The position numbers and the translations under genes are program-made. The notes under the pieces were generated by a model. That model was not told the origin of the DNA and made no database searches. It saw only the letters and a program-made list of their open reading frames with translations. From Mobula hypostoma (taxonomy: Eukaryota): DNA of 64,000 bases. Numbering within the stretch: the stretch's first letter is position 1; the number at the start of each line of letters is the position of its first letter. The stretch spans positions 56,172,001 through 56,236,000 of the forward strand of contig NC_086103.1 in the NCBI RefSeq assembly GCF_963921235.1, written 5' to 3'. Below, in pieces: positions 1-12,358 of this stretch.

Positions 1-440
1 AGTTTTTCTAGGGTAGAGTATCTGCGAGAGGCCCTGCTTTATACCATTTTTCATGCGATTCAAGTTAGGAACGCGATCAAATGCTCTACCAGCCGGGTTA
101 AGTCCAGTCCAATAATTCATGAACAACTATACAGAGTAAGATATTTAAGTTGTCTAGTTTTCTGCGCAGCATTCTAAACATTCAGCATTCTGGTAACAGA
201 TTATATGTTTCATATGAGAATCGATAACATTAAAATGAATTTGCAAAGTCATGGGCCATCCACTTGCACTAAATTCTGTAGTCTACACGCCATTTCCAAT
301 CGTCTAACCTAAAAGTAAACAAAACAATTCTGGAAGTACACAACAATTTGGGGATATTGTGTAAAGAGGGACAGGAAGAACCAGTTCTATCACAGGACAT
401 CAAGGAAAGATGAAACATCACAAGACACTGAACCGCTCAC

Positions 441-588
441 CGATCGGAACGAATGGATTCTCCTTCGTTTTCCTGATGAATTTGTCCGCAAACCCTTCCT
501 CTTTAGGCCTGGGCAAAGAAGTAAAGCCCTCAATGGCTGGGGGCTTCGTTAAATCAAGCGGCGAAGTCACCGCAACCGGCTTCGACAT
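441..588 (-). CDS. HIGD2A: HIG1 domain family member 2A, coding exon 1 (rest of gene lies left of the window)
   Basis: ATG at 588-586 reads MSKPVAVTSPLDLTKPPAIEGFTSLPRPKEEGFADKFIRKTKENPFVPIG. The KF.RKT.ENP.VPIG motif is typical of HIGD2A. Phase-1 donor G|GTGAGC at 441/440. Head-to-head with NOP16 as in human. Confidence 0.92.
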
Positions 589-929
589 CGTTGATGATTT
601 CCCGGAGAAACGAAGCAAAGTCAGGCGAGTTAGCCGCCAATTGGACACCCTAAAGTGCTGATCAATCTTCAAGGCGGGGCTAGCTTTATTATGTAACTAC
701 AAGGGATTAAAAAAAGGGTAAAAATAACAGGAGAATTGTCGAAAATGTATTGCAATATGGGAGGAATAAGTCTTATTTGTGCTGGGATTGTTTCTACATT
801 TGTGGGAGGACGGCGCTCGTCGGTCGGAGGTCAAAGTTGAAAGGTGGGCCGGCCGCGTTGTTGAGTGAGTGAGTGAGTGAGTGAGTGAGGGTTTTTGGCT
901 GTTTGTCAGGGTGTGGAATTTGCAGCAAG
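589..929. promoter_or_regulatory. Bidirectional promoter and 5'UTRs of HIGD2A/NOP16
   Basis: 341 bp between divergent ATGs, CpG-rich. Palindromic double CCAAT (CCAATTGG 637-644), GC-box-like GGCGGGGC near 673-680, (TGAG)7 at 862-889. Confidence 0.7.
862..889. repeat. (TGAG)7 microsatellite
   Basis: Seven perfect tetranucleotide copies. Confidence 0.95.
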
Positions 930-1036
930 ATGCCGAAAGCCAAAGGTAAAACCAGGAGGAAAAAGTTCGACTACAAGGCAAATCGGAAAAAGCTAAAGCG
1001 GAGGATGGCGAAGAAAGCGGCTCCTCGGATTGAGTG
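930..1036 (+). CDS. NOP16: Nucleolar protein 16, exon 1
   Basis: ATG at 930 reads MPKAKGKTRRKKFDYKANRKKLKRRMAKKAAPRIEC, matching the NOP16 N-terminus. Donor TG|GTGAGC, 107 nt. Confidence 0.96.
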
Positions 1037-2007
1037 GTGAGCGAGAGTGGTGGGCAACACGCGGTCCTTCAACATTGCAGAGATCTTCTCATAAAGCTAA
1101 TTTCAAACAGAAACGTTTCGATAGCCAAACAGAAAATAAAACGCGGTTGCTTTTGATTCCCTTAGTGTTCCGGGGTAGGGGGAGCATGAAATTACGCCTT
1201 AGCACCTTCGCATCTGGTCTTTACATAATTGTACCATCTTCTGTGGTTCTGCCCTACCTTTGGACTGGAACAAGCGCGGGCATTATATTAGATGAATCTA
1301 ATAAGTTATTAGTGATTCTGAGTCGGTTGTATGGCCGGTCTGTGAGGTAGTTCTCCGATCCGAAAATCAGTTCCCACATGTTTGTGAGGGAGACTTTGTA
1401 AGATCAGTTAGGCTGGGAAGAGCTCTGTGGTCTTTGATTACAATTCCTGGGTCAACGCTGGCTGACCCCCCCACCCAAATATTTTTTGTTCCAACGTGGT
1501 GTTCAGAATCTAACTAAGTGGTTTTCTGAGCGATTTCATTGGAAAAAGAATGGTTAGCTACGTGGATGCTCTCTCAAGTAACATATGAGCTCAATACCAT
1601 AACACGCAACAGCACAATGCAGGACCAGGCCCTTTGGCCTACGATGTCTATGCCAAACATGATGCCACTGTATCTGCCTGCATATGGTCTAAATATGTAA
1701 ATTCCCTGTCAGTTCATCTTCCTGTCTAAATGCTTTTAAACTTTACTTTCATATCTGCTTCCAGTGCTTGGCAGTGTGTTCAAGGCACCTACCACTCCCT
1801 GTGTAAAAGAAAAATTTGCCATGGAAATTACCTATAAACTTTCCCCCCCCTCACTATAAGCTGTACCCTCTAGTATTGACATTTCCAACCTGGGTAAAAG
1901 ACTGATTATCAGCTCTGTATATGATTCTCATAATTTTATATAATTCGATTATGTTGCCCCTCAGTTCCTGACACTGCAGTGAAAATGTCCACGTTTTTCC
2001 AACTTGG

Positions 2008-2910
2008 TAGTTTTGAGGAAGCAGAGAGGCTACAGAAAGACTTAAGAGAGATTAGGAGAATGGGCAAAGAAGTAGCAGGTGGCATACAGTGTCGGGAAGT
2101 GTATGATCTTGCAATTTGGTAGAAGAAATAAAAGTATACACTATTTTATAAATGGTGAGAAAATTCAAAAATCTGAGGTGCAAAGGGTCTTGGGAGTCCT
2201 TGAGCTGGATTCCCCAAAGGTTAATTTGCAGGTTGAGTCAGTGGTGAGGAAGGCAAATGCAATGTTAGCATTTATTTGGAGAGGACAAGAATATAAAAAT
2301 AAGGATGTAACATTGAGGTTTTAGAAGGCACTGGTGAGGCCTCACTTGGAGTATCGTGAGCAGTTTTGGACCCCTTATGTAAGAAAAGATTTGCTGACAT
2401 TGGAGAGGGTTCTAAGAAGGTTTTCAAAAATGATTCTGAGATTGAAAGACTTGTATGAGGAGCATATGACAGTTCTGAGCCTGTACTCACTAGAATTCAG
2501 AAGAATGAGGGGGGGGATCTCATTGAAGGCTATTGAATTTTGTAAGAATCTGATAGTATATGTGGAGAGGATGTTTCCTGTGGTGGGGGTGGCTTAAGAC
2601 CAGAGGGGACAGCCACAGAGTAGAGAGACGTCCATTTAGAATAGTGATGGGGCATTTCTTTAGCCAGAGAGTGGTGAATCTGTGGAATTCATTGCCACCG
2701 GGCCTCTGTGGAATTTGTTGTCATAGGGTGGCTGTGGAGGCCAAGTCTTTATGTATATCTAAAGCAGATGTTGATAGATTTTTGATTAGTCAGGGCATGA
2801 AGGGATATGGGGAGAATGCAGGAGATTGGGATTGAGAGGGAAATAGTGAAATGGTAAAGCAGACATGATGGGACAAATGGCCTAATTCTGCTCCTATATC
2901 TTATGGTCTT
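2008..2910 (+). mobile_element. CR1 LINE 3' fragment, nested in an older minus-strand CR1
   Basis: CR1 ORF2 C-terminal motifs (VRPHLEY..QFW.P, FFSQRVVNLWNSLP) and a TCTTATGGTCTT tail. Confidence 0.85.
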
Positions 2911-3992
2911 CTCTTTGTAACTAATAGCCTCTGAGTGCATCTGGCAGCATCTGAATGAGCCTCTTCTGCACTTCTTCAGAGCCACGTTCTTCCTGTACTG
3001 TGGTGACTAGAAATGCACACAGTACTCCTGATCAAAGTTTTGTACAGCTGCAGCATGATTTTCTGCTTGTTATACTGAACTCCTTGATAGGGGAAGGCAA
3101 GCATGATGTACACGTTTATACCATCCTATCTTTTTTATTACTGCTTTCAGAGAATATGGACTTGCATCCTGAGATTGGTCCTAAGGGTCCTTTCATTAAC
3201 TATGTACACGTTGAATATTTAACCCATTTCTTTGAATTGTTACCCAGGCCTTTAGATTATATGTCTGATAATTAAATCACTGTTACCACATTAAAATTTA
3301 CAGATTAATTTGAGTTATTTATAGTGGTTTGATGTGGGAATAATCCTGTTGTGTGTATTTTGGTGTGCTTTTGTGTGACAAAACAAACTACAAAACTGGA
3401 TACTTGAAGTGTTGTAAATTCCATTTTTCCAGCTGAGTTTACTGTGGGTTCACAAGATGATTAGTGAGGCAATGAAGTATTTTTAAAATCATTTAGTTAT
3501 CTGAGATAAAGGAAAATGTGTAATTTGTGAGCTGTATGAGTGGTTAGATACTAGTACCTGAAACTAGTCACTATTTTGGCAGTTGATACCTGCAGCTTGT
3601 TTAAATCAAAGCAACCTGAGTAATTGCACTCCTTTAAATAAGAACTAAAGAAAAGCAGAGAGCTGCAGCAATCACCACACAGTATCTTTTTCATCCAAGA
3701 CGAAGTCCTGGAGTGAGTGGAGCACCCTCATGTTTAGCTGAATGCAGAAATTTGTCTTCATAGTTATATTTGCTTCATGATCACATTTAAGCCACAATAC
3801 AACCAGTATCCAGGTAGACTGCTATTAAGCAAGGCTGCATAATTGAGAAAATTGTTGGGACAATTTTTAATGCCATATGCTGCACATTTCCTCCTACGAG
3901 CTTCCTACTAAATGGAACTAATTTACAGCACTAATGGGAAACTGTTCAAACTGTATTGTGTCCACTGGAGCTCTAAGGTCACACCTATCTTA

Positions 3993-5010
3993 GGCTCCGT
4001 CCACACTACACCGGATAATTTTGAAAACGAAGCTTTTTCTCTTCGTTTTGACCTTCTGCCCACACTGAAACGGCGTTTTCATCCCTTGAAAACGGAGATT
4101 TTCAGAAACAATCTCCAGAGTGAATAAATCTGAAAATGCCTAATATCTGTTGTAGTGTGTAACCGGAGAGATTTAAAAACGCTGTCATGACAACACCACA
4201 ACAACAATGCTTTTTCTGCTTCTGCTTGGTACTGCGCAAGCTGTTATAACATGCAGTCGGTGTGAACGGCGTGAGAGTTAAATTGTAAAGTGAGCTTTTT
4301 TGACTATTTAGAAACGCTGTCATGACGTGCTGGAACAGGTGGCCGCAGCGCGGCATTTCGTTGTTTTCTTGAACGCAACCACCTAACAATTTCAGAACAG
4401 GCGGCAACGAGACTGAAACCAAAAGGGTTAGAAATGTACTCACCAAATACTTTGACCCATAGCTTATTGAATAAATAAGTATACTTACTTTGCCCTGTTT
4501 TCTGTCCTCGCTTGTATGAAGGTGTTTCACCTATTTATGCAAGTACTTCTCTGACAATAGATGTGTAACAGCCTAATGTAACATTGTATGGAAATACAAG
4601 ATAACACTGATGCAGACGTTTTATACATTTAACAAGGTGCTTTATTAATGCAACAGAGTTAGTCAGTTTTTCAATGTTCGTCGTCAGCCGGGTCATACTG
4701 TCCATGAACTCCCTGTCGGTTGCCTCCATATGCTCCAGTATTTGTTTTTTTTAGTTTTAAGTCCTCCTGCACGAGAGCCAAGAGCAATTCCTCCTAAGCT
4801 TTTCTACTCTGTAACTGGACAAACACGCATCAAGTATACCATTTCCTCTTCGCTTGTTTTCTGTGTGTCCTGTGCATGCCCAGTAGGAGGAGATTTGCCC
4901 ATCTGTCTAATGTGGACGGAGATATTTTGAAAAACGCTTAGTGTGGACGCCTGTCGTTTTTGCTTGAAACCGGCGTTTTCAAAATTATCCGGCGTAGTGT
5001 GGACGTACTG
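3993..5010. mobile_element. PIF/Harbinger-like non-autonomous DNA transposon
   Basis: About 37-bp TIRs (GGCTCCGTCCACACTACACCGGATAATTTTGAAAACG; outermost bases of the right TIR diverged). TTA on both flanks (3990-3992, 5011-5013). Internal coiled-coil remnant MEATDREFMDSMTRLTTNIEKL resembles Harbinger ORF2 C-termini. Confidence 0.75.
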
Positions 5011-5019
5011 TTAGTAGTC

Positions 5020-5760
5020 AGGTTACAGTACCCAGATGATGCCTGTGTACATACCTATTCAGAGGCTAAGCACCAAGTTCCAGAGGTAAGCAGGAAGGTC
5101 TGCCTAGTGCTTAGCATCCACAAACAAGTCCTCAACCAATCTAACGCTGTTGTATACCACCATTTCTCCATCAAAGTCCACATATTGAGACCTGTGGGGA
5201 CAAATGGAACATCAGCCTGACTCTGACTACCATCGCTGGTGGTGAGAAAATATAGCATTTGATCAATTGACTTTAAACCTGGCAAAATGCTTGTGGTTTC
5301 TTGGGCAGCTATGATCAGGGATTCCATCTATCTATAGTAGGCACCTTGGCACTTGAGAGGTATGACCCATGTTTGTTTTTGCAAAATCCTCTAATCCCAA
5401 TGGAAGGAAAACCAAGCTGACATCCCCAGCATTGATGATCTAATTGTGCTTGTTTGGCTCTATTGGGCAGGCTACGTCCTTCATGAGCTCTTAAAACATT
5501 CATTTCAGAATTCAGTGAAGAGTACATTAGATGGACAGCAAATATGTATTCTCAAAGCCTCCTTGGATAGGGGTATGGGGGGTAGTAGGGCATGCAGTTT
5601 CACAACAGACTACCAAAAATTAAGGAGAAGCATTCAGCATGGCACTTACAGTCCGTGCATTGAGAGCACACGTAAACCCTGTGTAGACAGCAGAGTGCAT
5701 TGCTCACAAACTACCTTTCCGTGTGGTGGCACCTGCCCCACTTGTTTGTAGTAAAGGCTA
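5020..5760 (+). mobile_element. Old RTE/BovB-like LINE remnant
   Basis: Degenerate LQY.DD RT motif and decayed C-terminal cysteine-rich segment. Confidence 0.4.
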
Positions 5761-6314
5761 CAGAATATAAATTGGCCTCTAGTCTTTTTCAGGTCCATGA
5801 AACAAGTCACCCTTAACAGCCTAAGATGTAAGAAATGGGGAACTGGTGCAATGGGACTGGGAAGCAAACTTGCATTTATGTATCTCTTTATGCAATCTTT
5901 GATTACCTCAAGTTCTTTGTAGCTAATGAAGCACTTTTGGAATGCCGCACCTGGTATCACTAAACACAAATTTAAAACAAACCCTAAAATATAAAACTAT
6001 ACATCTCAAGAACAGGTCCATGATGTTGCACCAGACTAATTAAGATAATGAAGCCTGATTATACTCATTCCTTCCACCTATATGTGGTCCATATATCTCC
6101 TTTCTCTGCATTTCCATATGCCTGTAACACCGACTGTGCTTTTTTTCGATAGATGCTGCCTGGCCTGCTAAGTTCCTCCAGTATTTTGTGTGTGTTGCTT
6201 GAAATTCCAGTATCTGCAGATTTTCTCTTGTGATTAGTTTGTCTAACCTCTCTTTATAACATGTGTTGGCATCCTGGTAAACTTCTATACCCTGTCCAAA
6301 GTCTCCACCACCTA

Positions 6315-7874
6315 GATAGATAGATACTGTATTGATCTGTAGGAAATTACAGTGTCACAGTAGCATTACAAGTACACAGATATAAATATTAGAACAGAAG
6401 TAGAAAGAATAAAAAAAATAAGTTACAACAAACAATCTAATGGGAGGAGTCATCACTTCCCTGTCTATAGGTTGACACATTATAAAACTTAATGGCTGAG
6501 GGTAAGAATTACCTTGTATAGCGCTCTTTGGAGCAGCGTATTTGTCTTAGTCTATTACTAAAAGTGCTTCTCTGTTCAGTCAAGGTGGCATGCAGAGGGT
6601 GAGAAACATTGTTCAGAATTGCCATGACTTGCCATGGGGTCCTTTGTTCTACCACAGCCTCCAGTGTGTCCAGTTTATTTCCTATAACAGAGCCAGCCAG
6701 TCTAATCCATTTACTGAGCCTGTTGTCATCACCCACGTTGATGCCATTGCCCCAGCACATCACCGCTTAGAATATTGTACTGGCGACAGCAGACTGGTAG
6801 AACATGTAAGGGAGAGGCCTCTATGCTCCAAAGGACCTCAGTCTCCTCAGGAAGTAAAGGCGACTCTGGCCCTTCTTGTCCACGACCTCTTCCTTGGTGC
6901 TCCACTCAAGTCTGTCATCCAGGTGCACCCCCCAGGTACTTGTAGGTCCTCACCACATCCTCACTATCAATAGTAACAGGAAGCAATACAGGCTTAGAAC
7001 TGTATTCCTAAAGTCTATTACCATCTCCTTTGTCTTACTCATGTTGAGCAACAGATGATTCAACTTGCACCATTTGACAAAATCCTCCACCAGGGCCTTG
7101 TATTCATCCTCCCATCCTCCCTTTATACACCCAGCTATTGCTGAGTCATCAGAGAATTTCTGCAGATGATATAACTCAGTGTTGTATCTAAAATCCAAGG
7201 TATACAGCTGTAAGCAGGAAGGGAACCAATACAGTCCCTTGTGGGGCCCCAGTGCTGCTTATAGCCATGTCTGATACACAGCTCTGAAGCTGCACAAGCT
7301 GTGGTTTGCCGGTCAGGTAGTCCATTATCCAGGATAATTAGATTAGATTCAACTTTATTCTCATTGTGCCGAGTACAGATACAAAGCCAATGAAATGCAT
7401 TTAGCAACTGACCAGAAATGCAAAGAATAGTGTTATTTACAAAATATCTGCGAATAAAAAAGTGCTACAGCACACAAATATAAAAGTACTGAGACAGTAC
7501 AATACATATGCAATACTGCTTAGCGCTGTGATGAGAGGTTCAGCAGTGTCACAACCTCGGGGAAGAAGCTCTTCCTGTGCCTGCTGGTGCGGGAGCAGAG
7601 GCTCCTGTAGCGCCTACTGGATAGGAGGAGAGTAAAAAGTCCATGGTTAGGGTGAGATGCATCACTGATGATGCTTTTCACCCTGCCCAGGCAGCGTTTA
7701 TGGTAGATGTTCTCAATGGTGGGCAATTGGGTGCTGATAATCCGCTGGGCAGTTTTCACCACACGCTGGAGTGCTTTGCGGTCCGATACAGGACAATTGC
7801 CATACCACACTGAGATGCAGTTGGTGAGTATGCTCTCAGTGGTACAGCGGTAAAAGTCCGTCAGTATCCTGGGA
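6315..7874 (-). mobile_element. Two adjacent Rex1/Babar LINE fragments (6315-7335 and 7336-7874)
   Basis: LQKFSDDSAI, LNMSKTKEMVIDFR and FYRCTTESILTNCISVWYGNC..RKALQRVVKTAQRI motifs, with short tandem-repeat tails. Confidence 0.85.
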
Positions 7875-8645
7875 TAATGGGGCAACTCATACCAAACTAA
7901 ATTGCTCCACCTTTGTTTTGGTCCCTTGCAGTTGCTTGTCTTCCAGTGAATGAAGGTGGTGTTGGTGTGGGTCATCTAAGTGATTTTTTTTTCCAGAGAA
8001 GTTGTTGCAACTGAAAGCTCCAGTGCTGGACTCCACAAGGAAACCAACATTGGAGTGCTTGTCAGAAAAGATGGGTGAAGAGTGTGTAGCAGGTTCTGCT
8101 CTTTTGTGTTTGTATGTGCATTGTAAAAAACCATTTCTCTGAAAACTGTGAACTGTTGAATATAACAATTTCAGATTGTGGTTCTGTTCCTCAGCACCCC
8201 TTCTAGTACACCCGCCTATCCGTTTCATTTGCATCTTTTACTTTTGTGATAATCTTCAGGCTGTAGTTACCCTCCCTCTTTTATTCCCTTTTTGTTTTTC
8301 ATATTGAGTTCATTTTTAAGCTCTGATTTCAAGTACCAATGAACATTCCTTTGTCTGTGACAAAGATTAATTGATCCTACTGAGCATGCTCAGCATCTTG
8401 TTTCCTTTATTCCTGCTTCTTCATAATTTTGACTTTTTTTGTAATTAACTTTTAAATGGATAAGTTGGAGCAGGGTTCTTAAGTTTGAAAATGTTTTAAA
8501 TACAATATGTTTTGTAGCAAGATTTTGCGAAGGAGTATCACTTATTCCTCTCATAATCTAGAATTATAGGTAATATTCTAGAATAGGTTTGAAAGGAAGT
8601 TTAACTGAGTGATAATATTTAAATAATCCTAATTGTGTTTTAAAG

Positions 8646-8754
8646 TGCACAAATAAGAAATGCGTGGAACAACAGGAAATCAGTTGCTCAAAATCTGGCT
8701 GAAATGGGTTTGGCATGTGATCCAAATCGCACAGTTCCTATTAAGAAAACTGAG
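8646..8754 (+). CDS. NOP16: NOP16 exon 2
   Basis: AG|T..GAG|GTATGT, 109 nt. Reads AQIRNAWNNRKSVAQNLAEMGLACDPNRTVPIKKTE. Confidence 0.95.
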
Positions 8755-8811
8755 GTATGTGTTTCTGTTCTTCCCAAAATCTTATTTATTATGTTGTAAT
8801 ATTTAATGAAA

Positions 8812-9092
8812 TAAATAAATAGGCATCCGTTAGTCTCATGAGACCATGGATTTGTGCCTTGTAAGGCCTGGGCAAGGTTGTATGGAAGACCATCAGTTGC
8901 CCATGCTGCAAGTCTCCCCTCTCCATGCCACCGATGTTGTCCAAGGGAAGGGCATTAGGACCCATACAGCTTGGCACCAGTGTCGTCGCAGAGCAATGTG
9001 TGGTTAAGGACCTTGCTCAAGGACATGCTGCCTCAGCAAGGCTCGAACTAGCGACCTTCAAATCACTAGACCACTTGGTCACGCGCCAACAC
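8812..9092 (-). mobile_element. tRNA-derived CORE-type SINE (second copy at about 32680-32970)
   Basis: Pol III A/B-box-like head (CCAAGTGG..GTTCGAGCC), CORE-like GTCCTTGAGCAAGG..TTAACC and a (TATT)n tail. Two homologous copies in the window. Confidence 0.7.
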
Positions 9093-9538
9093 ATTTAATA
9101 GAACAGTATGGAATAGCAACAACTGTCTCTTTTGATTAACTGGAAAGTAGAGAGGATATTGAAATTTTAAAAAAACTGACAGCTTCTTCCATATCACAGA
9201 ATTATATCAAAGATGTGTTTATTAAGCATTGCCAGTTGGCTAACTCAATACTTAAATCCTGATGGCAATGGTACTCTCAAAATCAGGAACTTATGGCCAT
9301 GTATTGATAATATGCAACTGCATTTTGTGTATAATTTGGATATCGTTTTCCTATGGTGGTGTTACTTTTGTTCTCTCCTGGAGTTGTAAAGTTCTGTAAT
9401 GGTGAAGTAAGAGTGCTAAGTTACTGCTTGAAGATGGTGGACTAGCAGGACAGATCTGATGGGGTGTATCTGAATTCAAATTGCAATGATGCCAATCGAC
9501 CCGACAGTCTTGACTTGAATGATAAACTTAAGTGTTGT

Positions 9539-9792
9539 GGGTTCTTAAGTTTGAAAATGTTTTAAATACAAAACGTTTTGTAGCAAGATTTTGCACAGGA
9601 GTATCACTTATTCCTCTCGTAATCTAGAATTATAGGTAATATTCTAGAATAAGTTTGAAAGGAAGTTTAACTGAGTGATAATGTTTAAATAATCCTAATT
9701 GTGTTTTAAAGTGCACAAATAAGAAATGTGTGGAACAACAGGAAATCAGTTGCTCAAAATGTGGCTGAAATCGGTTTGGCGTGTGGTCGAAA
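9539..9792 (+). pseudogene. Partial duplicate of NOP16 intron-1 3' end plus most of exon 2
   Basis: Near-identical to 8473-8726 (offset 1066). The acceptor AG is retained at 9710-9711; the exon-2 donor was not copied. Confidence 0.9.
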
Positions 9793-10654
9793 CAGATGGG
9801 TTAAATTTTGGCTTTGAAATTTCAATGCTGCTACTTCTGATAGTACTTAACCTCTTTACCTGTAGTTGTGATTGATTATGCATGATTCAAATAATAGTTT
9901 GTTTAAATTGCCCTTTAAGTACTTTTAAGAAATTTGGCACTGGTAATGCCATTGAAAATTAGGGGGAAGTGTTTTCCTCCATTTAGGTTATTCTGGCACA
10001 ACAATATATAGCGACCATTCTCAAATTGAGTTCAGTGTAGTTTGAATGAAAGATTAATTTTATCAGGTCTTTAAGTAATTTATAAGTTTATTGGTATGAA
10101 AACTAATTCTTCTGGTGGGAATTCCTGAATAGAAAAACATAATCTGGAAATTACAATCATACACAACTTCCAATTTTAAAAATGCAGTATTATGTAAAAA
10201 ATAACAGATCTCTTGAATGAATCTAGCAATGGAATATCCTTGGTATTAAATTTCAAATGATAGAATTAAGTGTAGCTTTATAAAGCTGTGAGTCATATGG
10301 GTCCTAGAAATTTTTTATGAATGACTGGCATGGAGTCTCAGAGCAACCTAGCCTGGTCATAGTATCAACTCCCTTGTACCAAACACTGCAGAGGATTGCT
10401 ACAGGTTCATTCACTTGAGTAAGATAAAGTTCAAAGCAGTTAGCCCTTTCTCTTCTTTGAGCACAAGTGCACTTGAACCTTCAAAATTCAAGATTCAAAA
10501 AACTTTATTGTCATTCTAATCGTACATCAGCTCTGTAGGGCAGAATGAGACAGCATTTCCCAGGAGCAGTGCAATCATAACATAACAAACGCAACTCTAA
10601 ATAAATGATCTCTTGGTAAAATACCATATACTAAGATCATCAACAACTCTATTT

Positions 10655-11222
10655 GGAATTGTTGTTGAGGCCCTACATTAGTCAGGGTCGGCATGGATGT
10701 TGCATCCCAGCCGTCTATGTGATGTGCAAGCCAGGGTAGTATGATATGGAGAGCAAGCTGTTTCACACGTAGGAGGCTCTCCCTCTGGATGCAGTTGATA
10801 AATCCAAAGCAATGGCAGGGACTCATACAGTTTGACACCAACAACATCACAGGAGTTGCCAGCCAGCACTTAACTCAATGTAGGACTGCTTTAAGGACTC
10901 CAGCTCCAGATTATTCCTTGGGTTTACTCCCAAAGCCTTCCCAATGAGTGGGTGTAGCCACAGGATAGTGGAGATTTGAGAACTTTCCTTCTCCCAGATG
11001 AGCTGCCAACCATGGCCGATGAGCCCAATTTGCCCAAAGCAACTGCCTTTGCCCCTTCTCCTGACAATAGGAATGGTTCCACCGGGCTTAATAGCTGAGC
11101 TGCATGTGAAGGCCAGGAGCTAGACTTGGTTGTCAGAGGCTATTTGAGATGCATGCCATTGGGAGTATTTAGTAGGTAGTGGGAGCTTATCCCCACTACT
11201 ACCCGCAGCTATGACAACCTTA
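10655..11222 (-). mobile_element. RTE-related non-autonomous element with a structured 5' end
   Basis: RTE/Expander-type 5'UTR motif (GGTTGGCAGC..GGAGAAGGAAA), (CAA)n tail and several hairpins at the 5' end. Confidence 0.5.
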
Positions 11223-11934
11223 AGGAACCTTTTGGTTTTTTGGAATTGTATCTACAAAAATGTGTATCCTTGGGCTGGAAGGTATGAAATATATCTGGCA
11301 GTTTTTGGCATTTAAGTTAAAGCATGCGCAAGGAGTCAAGTGCTCTTCCTGCAGCTTTGGAGAAAGAGACGGTAAAGAAGCATATATTCTGAAATTCATA
11401 TATATCTCACTGAATGCTTCAACCAAAACCGAAGTATTCAATGTGTGAGTGCTGAAGATGGAATAAAAGAAGAACGGGCTTCCATAAAGAACTTTGAGTG
11501 GGGAATCACTCTTGCTTCTCAGCACTTCGTGCCAAATTGGCAGAGTCGCCATGTGATGTGTTTGTAAAAAAACTTTGAACAGCAGCTAAGTTTACCGGAG
11601 GCCTGTGTACTTCCCTACACGTCTGTATAACTAAACAGTCATAGTTACTTCTTTCTTTTAAAATATTCAAAATTGCACAAAATAGCATGTTCTGCTTCCA
11701 ATACTGAGGTGGATCATCCAAGTAATTCCCTTCCTCCCAGACTTCATGATCTGTTTGCAGTGTTTATGATTTGTGGAGTTATCCCAGTTATGCTAAAGCA
11801 TAATGAAATATTCAATGAATGGCGGTAACATGGAGTGCTTGATTTTTTTTGTATAGTGGGATTATTTTCCTTCAGTTGGTTAGTTCAGATATTTGGTTTG
11901 AAAAAGGATCTAATGCTTTCCCAGTGTAAATGAC

Positions 11935-12112
11935 AAATAAACTCTTCTCAGGTTTCCAGCCGAGTACAGGTATCAACTACAACCAACGTTTCAATGACAA
12001 ACTTGGCCATCTTAATCAGGGATGATGCCAGATGCAGATGGCAGAGTTTGTCATCAAAACATTGGAAAAATGGAGATTTGTACCCGGCTGGAAGCCCGAG
12101 AAGAGTTTATTT
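11935..12112. mobile_element. Short fold-back of Penelope-like terminal sequence
   Basis: Inverted arms (AAATAAACTCTTCTC..GAGAAGAGTTTATTT) with a decayed hammerhead-like core. Confidence 0.55.
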
Positions 12113-12358
12113 GATATTTGGTCTGTTACACTGCATCTTGCAATGCTCATTAGCTTACTGTCTGTGGTAGGCAATAAGTGGATTGACATTGAAAATACAC
12201 TGGCAAAATAGGTTTTGACAAAACAGTTTGCACTATTCCTTTACCTCAATTTGGAGGGGATAGAATTCCAGCAGAAGGTAGTGAAAAATATTTGTCTTGA
12301 GTTAGTATTTTGCAAAAGTGATTTGATAACAAAATTTAAACGATAATTTCTTTTACAG

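Noticed and set aside
410-661. 83-aa plus-strand ORF
   Set aside because: Antisense shadow of HIGD2A exon 1.
589-672. N-terminal extension of the 418-672 ORF
   Set aside because: Starts at a non-ATG codon; HIGD2A similarity begins at the ATG at 588.
1030-1350. 106-aa ORF after NOP16 exon 1
   Set aside because: Runs through the donor site into intron 1; no recognisable protein.
9020-9092. tRNA-like sequence (also near 32900-32970 and 49015-49060)
   Set aside because: These are SINE heads followed by CORE or V domains; no complete cloverleaf.
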